Below are positions 54,900 through 64,000 of a stretch of 64,000 nt of DNA, in pieces. The notes under the pieces are model-generated. The model worked only from the letters and a program-made list of their open reading frames with translations. It did not search any database and was not told the origin of the DNA. Within the stretch, counting starts at the first letter, position 1, and each line of letters starts with the position of its first letter. The translations under genes were made by a program, and so were the position numbers. The stretch spans positions 124,001-188,000 of the forward strand of contig JAPDFW010000114.1 in assembly GCA_028826165.1 (NCBI GenBank). The letters are read 5' to 3'. The stretch comes from Anaeramoeba ignava BMAN (Eukaryota; Protista; Anaeramoebae).

Positions 54900-56070
54900 T
54901 TTGAAACTAAGTTTAATTTAGATTAGAAATAATAATAATAAAAATAATAAAAATAAAAATAATAAAAATAAAAAGCGAAGAAAAAAATAAAAAATAAAAA
55001 ATAAAAAATAAATTAATTTATTTTTAATTAAGATGATCAAGATCAACAAAAAAAAAATTTTTTTTTTTAAATAAATAATAAATAAGAATAATAATTAAAA
55101 AATAAAAATATTAACTCAAATTGAAATTTCCAACTTATTTATATTTAATCCCTCTTTTTTTTGTTTTTTTTTAAATAAGGATCGTTTGAAAAATTTGTAA
55201 TTATTTAATTAATAAATTTCTAAAAGGATTATTTACTTGTTTTAATTTATTTAATTTTATTTTTTTTCCTGAATTTTTATTATTGTTTGATCATTAAATA
55301 GTTCTTGTTTATTTTTAGATTTTCTTTTTGCTATTTATATTTTATTATTTTTTATTATTTATTTTAATTAAATTTTTGTTTTGTTAGTTGAAAAATCTTA
55401 TTAAATAAGAAAATTAAAAAATAAAAGGAATTTTAATAATTTTAATAAGGAATTTATTTTGATCAAATTAATAATTTAATAAATAAAGACTTATTTAGTT
55501 TTATTTAATGTTTCTTTTAAAGGATTTATTATTAAAATTTAATTAAAAAATTTAATAAGAAAATGTCAAAAAAAAAAAAAAAGGAGAATTAATAAAAAAA
55601 TCAAAAAAGGAGAAAAAAATTTTTTTTTTTCTAATTACTAAATCTTTTATAAATTTTAGTAATTAATTAAAAAAAAAACGCAATTAAAACGCAATTAAAA
55701 CGTCAACTATAATTATTTTTGAATTGGATTCTTTTCCTTAATTTAAATTTTTGATTAATTTTTAATTTTAAATTTTGTTTATTTAAATTTTTAATTAAAA
55801 AAAATTTTTTTTTCTTTTTAAAATTCACAGTCATTAAATTTTTTATTTAAATATTATTTTAATTATATATAATTTTTTATTAAAATATAATTTTAATTTT
55901 GATCGAAAATTTTTTTTTTTTTTTTAATTTTTTTTTTTTAATTTTTTTTTTTTTTAATTTTTTCACTTTTTCCTTTTTTTTTTTATTTTTTGACCTTTAT
56001 TCCATTTTAAATTTCATTTTTCTTTTCTTTTTAAAAGAAAATATTTTTTTTAATATAATCAAGAATTAAA

Positions 56071-58218
56071 ATGACTGAAGGAGTTCCACCAAAATGGCAA
56101 CGAGTTACTTCAATTCCTGGAATGTTAACATTCGGAACAGCTACAGTAGTTATTGGTAAAGTTCTTTTTGATATGCCAGCAAAAGGAGAGAATGGTGATA
56201 GACATAAATTTGAAAAACCTTGGTAAATTTAAAACAAAAAATTAAAATAAAAATTTAAAATAAAATTAATTAAAAATTTAAATAAAAAATTTAAATAAAA
56301 AATTAAATAAAAAATTAAAATAAAAAATTTAAAATAAAAAAAAATTTTTTTTCTTTTTCTTTTTCTTTTTTTTTTTATTAAAGGTTTCAAGTTGAAGGAA
56401 TGTTTCTTGGAATGATGCTTTCACTTGTTGTTTATGAAATTCATAGACTTGCTACTAAATCTAAAAACAAAGCAGAATATACTCCTCTTGATATTAATCA
56501 ATCTGAACCTCAACAAAGCAAAAACACATGAAACATTGGAAATATTACTTTTATGTCTTTGCTCCTGCTATGTGTGATTTTGTTGCTACTGGATTAATGA
56601 ATATTGGTCTTCTTTGGAGTAAAAATTAAAATTCATTTTGAAATTAAAAATTAAAAATTAAAATTAAAATTAAAATTAAAATTAAAATTAAAATTCAAAT
56701 TAAAATTAAAATTAAAATTAAAATTAAATTAAAAATTAAAATTAAAATTAAAATTAAATTTAAAATTAAAATTAAAATTCAAAAATTAAAAATAAAATCA
56801 AAATTAAAATTAAAATTAAAAATTAAAATTAAAATTAAAATTAAAATTAAAATTAAAATTAATATCAAAATTAAAATTCATTTATGAAATTAAAATTAAA
56901 TTTAAAATTAAAATTAAAATTAATATCAAAATTCAAATTATTTAAATATTTAGTTCCCGCAAGTATTTGGCAAATGTTGAGAGGTTCAATGGTTGTTTTC
57001 TCAGCAATTTTCTCAGTTGTATTTTTAAAAAAAAAACTTTATTTATATAACTGGCTTGGTGTTTTGAGTGTTTGTATTGCACTTTTCATGGTTGGATATG
57101 CTTGCATCAAAGGAGATAGTGGACATTTTGTAAGAAATTTATTTTTAAATTATTTTGCTTGAAATGAATTAAAATGAATTCTCTTTTATAAAAAATAGGA
57201 TAAAAAAAAAGAAGCTATTGGAATTATTTTAGTTGTTGCTGCGTATGCTATTATTATTATTAATCATTTAATTATTTATTTATTTGAAATATCTTAAAAA
57301 ATATAATTTAAAAATCATTTTATTTTAACAGTCAGGTTATTCAAGCCTCACAAATTGTTATTGAAGAATTTTTACTGAAAGATATTAAAGTGTCACCATT
57401 ACTTATTGTTGGATTAGAAGGATTCTGGGGATTTATGGTTACAACAATTCTTTGCCTCCCGTATATTAATATAATTTAAAATTAAAATTAAATTTAAATT
57501 TAAAAACAAAATTAAAATTAATTTAAAATTAATTTAAAATTTAAAAATTAAATTTAAATTTAAAATTAAAATTAAAATTAAAATAAAAGAATCGTTTCCG
57601 TTCTTCCAGGAAGTGATGGAGATGGAGTTCATGAAAACACAAAAGATTCATTCATTATGATGGGAAATAGTGGAGCATTAACAGGATTGGTTATTGCATA
57701 CGTTCTTGCTATTTTGGGTTATAACATGTTCGGAATGTTTGGTAAATTATTTAATTTTGATTTTCCAAATTAAGTTTAAAATTAAATATATTTTTCTTTT
57801 CTTTTCTTTTCTTTTCTTTTCTTTTTTTGATTTAAATAAAAAGTTACATTCACATTCACTGCTGTTATTAGAACAATCCTTGAAGCAATGAGAACATTAT
57901 GTATTTGGATTGTTGATTTAATCATTTATTATGGAATTTCAGTATATTATGGTGAAAAATGGTCAAAATGGAGTTATCTCGAGGGTGTAAACAAATTATT
58001 TTAAAATTCAAAAATCAAATTTCAATCAAAATTTTTATTTTTATCTTTATTTTTATTTTTATTTTTATTTTTAAAAGGCTGGATTCATTTTGTTAGTTCT
58101 TGGTTTGTTCATCTATAATGAAGTTCTTCATTTACCCGGATTAAAATATCCAGTCAAAAAACAAAAAGAAGTTCAAGAAGACAAGAGCTTACTTGATGAT
58201 GATAAAAATTCTGATTAA
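56071..58218 (+). CDS. SLC35F6-like (drug/metabolite superfamily, CRT-like) transporter, copy 1, 8 exons
   Basis: FEKPWFQ..GMFLGM, PAMCDFVATGL, IPASIWQMLRGS, QIVIEE, VGLEGFWG and RTILEAMRTLCIW. C-terminal dileucine EDKSLL. One A-run frameshift near 56525. Confidence 0.88.
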
Positions 58219-58420
58219 TTTCTCAATTTAATAAAATTACTCTTCTTTTTTAAACCGAATTCTTTCTTTTTTTTTCTTTCTTTCTTTCAATTTTTGCTTT
58301 TTTTTCCATTTTCTAATTTTTTCTTTTTTCTTTTTTCTTGCTAACTCAAAAATAATAGCTTTTTTGGAGTTTCAGGTTCTCCAAAATAAGATACAACAAA
58401 CAAATTTATTTTATTTTTAA

Positions 58421-58462
58421 TTTCATTTTTCATTTTTCATTTTTCATTTTTAAAAAGAAAAA
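58421..58462 (+). promoter_or_regulatory. Tandem TCATTTT initiator-like elements just upstream of ATG
   Basis: TTTCATTTTTCATTTTTCATTTTTCATTTTT then A-rich sequence and ATG. The same pattern precedes several other starts. Confidence 0.5.
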
Positions 58463-61031
58463 ATGAGTAAAATTTCTGGACCAAGTAATTTACAAAGATT
58501 TTCTTCAATTCCAGGAATGTTAATTTTTGGAACTTTATCTGTTGTTTTTGGAAAATTAATTTATGAAATTTCTGCAAAAGGAGAGAATGGAAAAACACAT
58601 AAATTTGAAAAACCTTGGTGAATTGATAATAAATTAATTAATTTATAATTAAATTAATTAATAAAATTGAAATATTTCTTTTATAAGGTTTACAACTGAT
58701 TGTGCCTTTTTGGGAATGTTACTTGCTATTTTTGTTTATTGGATAGAAATTTTGTTTAAAAAGAAATGCAAAAAACAAAATCAAAAACAATTATTAAATT
58801 TAAATGAAAATGAAAATGAAAATGAAAATGAAAATTTAAATGAAAATGAAAATGAAAATCAAAATGAAAATTTAAATCAAAATGAAAATGAAAATTTAAA
58901 TCAAAATGAAAATGAAAATTTAAATGAAAATGGATCTCAAAAAAGAAAATGGAAAGAATACTTTTATGTTTTTGTTCCTGCAATATGTGATGTTATTGCA
59001 ACTGGAATAATGAGTATTGGGTTGATTTGGAGTATTTATTCAAAATCAAAATCAAATTCAAATTCAAATCAAAATCAAAATCAAAATTAGAATTAAAATC
59101 AAATTCAAAATCAAAATCAAATTCAAATTCAAATCAAAATCAAAATTAAAATTAAAATTAAAATTAAAAATTAAAATTAAAATTAAAATTAAAATCAAAA
59201 TTAAAATTAAAATTAAAATCAAAATTAAAATTAAAATCAAAATTAAAATTAAAATCAAATTTAAAATTAAAATTAAAATTAAAATTAAAATCAAAATCAA
59301 AATCAAAATCAAAATCAAAATTAAAATCAAAATCAAAATCAAAATTAAAATATTTAGTTCCCGCAAGTATTTGGCAAATGTTGAGAGGTTCAATGGTGAT
59401 TTTCTCAGCAATTTTCTCAGTTGTATTTTTTAAAAAAAAACTTTATTTATATAATTGGCTTGGTATTTTGAGTGTTTGTATTGCTCTTGTTATGGTTGGA
59501 GTTTCTTGTATTCAATCAGATACTGGGAATTTTGTAAGGAATTTATTTTTTGGAATTTATTTTTTGAAATTTAAATCAAAAATTTAAAAAATAGAATCGA
59601 AGATTAGAAATTATTGGAATAATTTTGGTTGTTGCTAGGTAGAGATTTAAATAACCTAAATATATATTGGAATTAGTATTAATTTTGATAAAAATTAGTC
59701 AAATTATTCAAGCAGCTCAAATTGTTATTGAGGAATTCTTATTAAAAAATGTTAATATGGAACCATTATTTATTGTTGGATTAGAAGGATTCTGGGGTTT
59801 TATGGTTACATCAATAATTTGTCTCCCGTATATTATTTCAAAAAAATATAATTTGAAATGGATATAACTTAAAATAAAAACAAAAACAAAAATAAAAGAA
59901 TTGTTTCCGTTCTTCCAGGAAATGATGGAGATGGAATTCGTGAAAACACAAAAGATTCATTCATTATGATGGGAAATAGTAATGGATTAACAGGATTAAT
60001 TATTGGATATATTTTTGTGATTTTATTTTATAATATTTTTGGAATGCTTGGTATATATAATCAAATCAAACCAAATCAAACCAAATCAAATCAAATCAAA
60101 TCAATATTTAATTCAATATTTAAATCAAATCAATATTTAAATTAAATATTTAATTCAATATTTAAATCAAATTAAATTAATATTTAAATTAATATTTAAA
60201 TTAATATTTAAATTAAATATTTAAATCAATATTTAAATTAATAATTAAATAAATATTTAAATTAAATCAAATCAATATTTAAATCAAATATTTAAATCAA
60301 TATTTAAATCAATATTTAAATCAAAATCAAATTAAATTAAATTAAATTAAATATTTAAATCAAATATTTAAATCAAATCAATATTTAAATTAAATATTTA
60401 AATCAATATTTAAATCAATATTCAAATTAAATATTTAAATCAATATTTAAATTAATATTTAAATCAATATTTAAATTAATTAATATTTAAATCAATATTT
60501 AAATCAATATTTAAATCAATATTTAAATCAATATTTAAATAAATATTTAAATCAATATTTAAATCAATATTTAAATCAATATTTAAATCAATATTTAAAC
60601 CAATATTTAAAAAATCTAAAAATAAAAAGTTACATTCACATTCACTGCTGTTATTAGAACAATCCTTGAAGCATTAAGAACATTATGTGTTTGGATTGTT
60701 GATTTAATTATTTATTACAAAATTTCAGTATATTATGGAGAAAAATGGACAAATTGGAGTTATCTTGAAGCTGTAAAAATTAAATTTAAAAAATTATTTA
60801 AAAATTATTTAAAAACTGAAAGGAAAAAATTTTTTTTTTCTATTTATTTCTCTTATTAAAAAGGGAGGGTTTATTTTATTAGTTCTTGGTTTATTTATTT
60901 ATAAAGAAGTAATAAGAATTCCTGGTTTAAAATATGAAAATGGAAAAAAAGAAATTGAAGAAAATAAACTTCTTGGAAATGAAAACGATAATAATAGAGA
61001 ATATGAAGAAAAAGATAGTGATGATCAATAA
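58463..61031 (+). CDS. SLC35F6-like transporter, copy 2 (tandem paralogue), 8 exons
   Basis: Same motifs and the same seven intron positions as copy 1. N/E repeat insertion in exon 2. Dileucine EENKLL. Confidence 0.88.
60051..60629 (+). repeat. 579-nt intron of 12-mer (AATATTTAAATC)n
   Basis: GTATAT...AAAAAG. The equivalent intron in copy 1 (57742-57843) is 102 nt. Confidence 0.9.
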
Positions 61032-61188
61032 AAAGAAATTACAAATCAAAATAAGAATAAAAAATTTTTTTTTTAAATTAAATTAAATTAATTTTAATTT
61101 ATAAAATCATTTTTTTTCTTTTTCATATTTTCATATTTTTTACCATTCTTTGTGTTTTTATTAATAATTTTTTTATATTTTTTCATCA

Positions 61189-64000
61189 ACGGACTACTTA
61201 CAAGATCGAAAAAATAAACTTGATAGAAAACCCCTAAAAGAAACATCAAATAACAAACTTGATGTTTCTGGAATGAATCTTAACAAAATATCTCAATTAA
61301 CAAAAAATTACACAAATTTAGAAACTTTGATCCTTTCAGACAATCAAATACACAAGCTTCCCAAACAAATTCTGCGCGAAAAAACACTCATTTCACTCAA
61401 CTGGAGCAGAAATTCACTTGTTAAAATTCCCAACACTCTTTATAATCTTTCTAATTTAACTTGTCTTAATCTCAGTCAAAATCAATTAACCAAAATTTCG
61501 GAAAAAATCAAAAAACTCCACAAACTTACAAGTCTCGATCTCAGTATAAACCAGTTGCAATCCATCCCAGATCGCGCATTTCGCGAGTTGCAAAATTTGA
61601 CTTATTTAAACTTGAAACGGAACAAAATTGACGTTATTCCTGTTTGCTTATCCAAGTTGAAAAATTTGAGAGAACTTGTACTTGACGCCAATAATATACA
61701 TGAAACAAGCCTTGAATCCGCCGCGCTTTCGCGACTTTCGGTACTCAAAATTTCACACAATCAACTAAAAGCACTTCCAAATCAAAAAGTTCTCATTAAT
61801 TTTTCTTCGCTTGAATTTTTGGATATCTCACACAACTCTTTGGGACACATCCCCGATTGCATCTCTGCGTTGAAACGCCTCAAAATCTTGTTTGCACAAC
61901 ATGCACATATCGGGAAAATCAGTCCCGAACTCGCCACCTTGCGCTATCTTGCGCGGATCAATTTGGACAATAACAATCTCGAAAACTTACCTGAAAATTT
62001 TGATCGTCTTTCTGCGTCACTTGTCAATTTGCATCTGAACTTCAACCGATTTCGCAACATCCCGAAAAGCATATCCAATTTAACAGAGCTGAGACAATTA
62101 TTTATAAGTCACAACACGATAAAAACATGTGATCTGCGAGCCGAAAAACTTGTGGATCTTGATCTGTCACATAACGGACTTGAAAAGATCACTGGGGAAT
62201 CGCTCCACTCAATGAGCCGATTGGAGTATCTATGTCTAAACAACAACAAGCTGACAACGCTACCGGAATCGCTTGGGGATCAGATGTTCCTGGGCGTTCT
62301 GAAGCTGGAAACAAACAGTTTGTCTTCACTTCCAGATTCGATCGTGAAACTTCAGAGTCTAAAAGAGTTGAATTTGGCGGATAACTCTCTTAGTGAATTA
62401 CCAACGGACTTTGGCCGCCTTGCCCAGCTGAGCTCTTTGGGTCTCCACAAGAACAATCTATCATCTTTACCAACTTCTTTTTCCAAACTCGAAAATTTGG
62501 CGTTACTCAATTTGTCAAGTAATTCTCTTGTTGCGTTTCCTGAACAAATACTCTTCCTGAAAAATCTTGAAAGATTAGACATCGCGTGTTGTTGTCTTGC
62601 CGCGTTTCCTGAGAATCTCGATGCACTTTCCAGTCTCAGGGAGCTCAACGCGTGCAGCAATCTTCTCAAATCAATTCCACCTTCAATAGGAAATCTCAAA
62701 AATCTCCATGAACTTCATTTAAGCGACAATCTTCTTGAGAATCTTCCTCCAGAATTCTTCCGCATCGGATCTGGTGATGTTTCTTCCAAGATCGCTGTTC
62801 ATATTTCTGGGAACTTTCTTAAAACATTTGATTCAGGTTGGTTCTCAATCCCAAATTTGGTTGCATTGGATATTTCCCACAACGAAATCACCTCAGCTCC
62901 AAAAGACCATTTCGATAAGCTTCCCCGTCTGCGTTCGCTCAAGTTGTCCCACAACAAGATGCGTGATCTGAATCTCAAAAGCACTGAAAACTTACCATTT
63001 CTTCACACACTCCACATTGAAGGAAATTACCTGTCATCTGATTTCATTACTTTTCTGGATTCTGTGCTTAAGGAATCCGCAAATCTTTCCGAACAATCTC
63101 GCGAGCACAACTTTCCCCGTGTGTTTGAAAGCGCAGAAATATCTCTAACGCGCTCCAAAACAACAAGCTTCGCAAACTTGAACAGAGCCTATCCTTCCTT
63201 AAGAAGCTTTCTTCTTTCTCCTTTGCCAGTCCACTTCCACAACCATTCTCTTCACACAAACTCTCAGCACTACAAAGTGGGGTATTCCGAAGTGAAAGGA
63301 CGCAGACCCACAATGGAAGACTCGATCGACATCCAAACAGGATGCGGACCCTTGGCAAACATCGATATATACTCCATCTTCGACGGTCATGCTGGAGACT
63401 CCTCCTCCATTCTTGCTTCCTCTCTCCTCGCTTCTACTATACTTGCAGATCTTTATGAACATCTTCCTCATCTTATTGAAAAAACAAAAATTTTTGCCGA
63501 GCCAAATTTTTCCCAAAAGACCCAAAAAATGTCACAATCTACTCTCGATTTGATGATCACCAAAAACAAACTCAACACAGCCAAATTCTTCTCCAAAAAA
63601 GATGATAAAGAACTCCGCAAATTTTCCAAAAAGAAAAACCATTTGAATTTTTCTTCAAAATTACACTCTCCACATTCTCACACTCGCACAAACAGCAACT
63701 CCTCCCAAGACTCCTCCTTTTCAAACGAGACCTTCTCTCGAAGTAACAGCAACGATCCTCTCGATACAGATCTCCGCGAGATCCCACAACTAGATTCCTC
63801 TGTTGAAGAGGATGTCAAACTCCGCGAAATCAGCGCAATGTTCACACGCGTTTTCAAGACGTTTCACTCCCATCTCAAATCCATAGGGGATCGCTCAGGC
63901 ACTACGGCGCTCGTATCTTTGTTCATCGACAATGACTGCTATGTTGCAAATCTTGGCGACTCATGCGCCATCTTGTCAAGGAAAGGCAAGGCAATCCGCA
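61189..64000 (+). CDS. Leucine-rich repeat plus PP2C phosphatase protein (PHLPP / fungal Cyr1-like module), 3' end outside the window
   Basis: Uninterrupted frame, missing from the ORF track because there is no stop in the window. More than 20 LxxLxLxxNxLxxLP repeats, then PP2C motifs GRRPTMED (~63300), IFDGHAG, SGTTA and VANLGDS. The start is uncertain (ACG 61189 or ATG 61273). Confidence 0.92.

Noticed and set aside
18351-56530. Split ORFs suggesting pseudogenes or recoding (RasGEF 5' end, talin ~35860, DMXL ~44130-44205 and ~46940, SLC35F6 ~56525)
   Set aside because: All lie in A-runs or tandem repeats, and the flanking domains are intact. This is typical of long-read homopolymer error.
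12225-59411. Many poly-IL, DF, KI, KS and NF ORFs in the ORF track
   Set aside because: They are alternative-frame or antisense readings of simple repeats in introns, UTRs or NQ tracts.
62352-63787. Antisense ORFs over the last 1.6 kb
   Set aside because: They are shadows of the GC-richer LRR-PP2C frame on the + strand.
1-64000. Alternative genetic code
   Set aside because: ORFs up to 1941 aa have no in-frame stops, Gln and Trp use standard codons, and genes end at TAA or TGA.
1-64000. Inteins, transposons, introner-like elements
   Set aside because: No Hint (C...HN) or homing-endonuclease insertions, transposase or RT motifs, or terminal inverted repeats. Introns share no complex sequence with each other.

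Overview
This is gene-dense, very AT-rich eukaryotic nuclear DNA read with the standard genetic code. It has spliceosomal GT-AG introns and looks like an amoeboid protist. TCATTT initiator-like motifs and TAAA stops resemble a parabasalid relative such as Anaeramoeba, but that is inference. I reconstructed 14 genes by hand: Ras GTPase (5' truncated), BEACH/WD40 protein, Cys-rich membrane protein, NT-C2/Dilute protein, LisH-RasGEF, AVL9/DENN-UBA protein, PH-like AGC pseudokinase, talin-like FERM protein, muskelin, DmX/Rav1, MARK/SNF1-type KA1 kinase, two tandem SLC35F6-like transporters and an LRR-PP2C (3' truncated). Most short ORFs in the track are artefacts of simple repeats, and several frameshifts look like homopolymer assembly errors. 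The most unusual biology is the intron system. Short introns (about 60-140 nt) have weak donors and mostly AAG/TAG acceptors. Long introns (0.2-2.7 kb) are each filled with a tandem repeat, often private to that intron, that is strand-polarised and almost free of AG. Other leads: a candidate recursive AG|GT site, a conserved exon with no AG acceptor, a probable ACG start, repeated duplication of stop-codon regions, and motif-carrying duplicated cassette exons. I found no RNA genes, transposons, inteins or CRISPR arrays.
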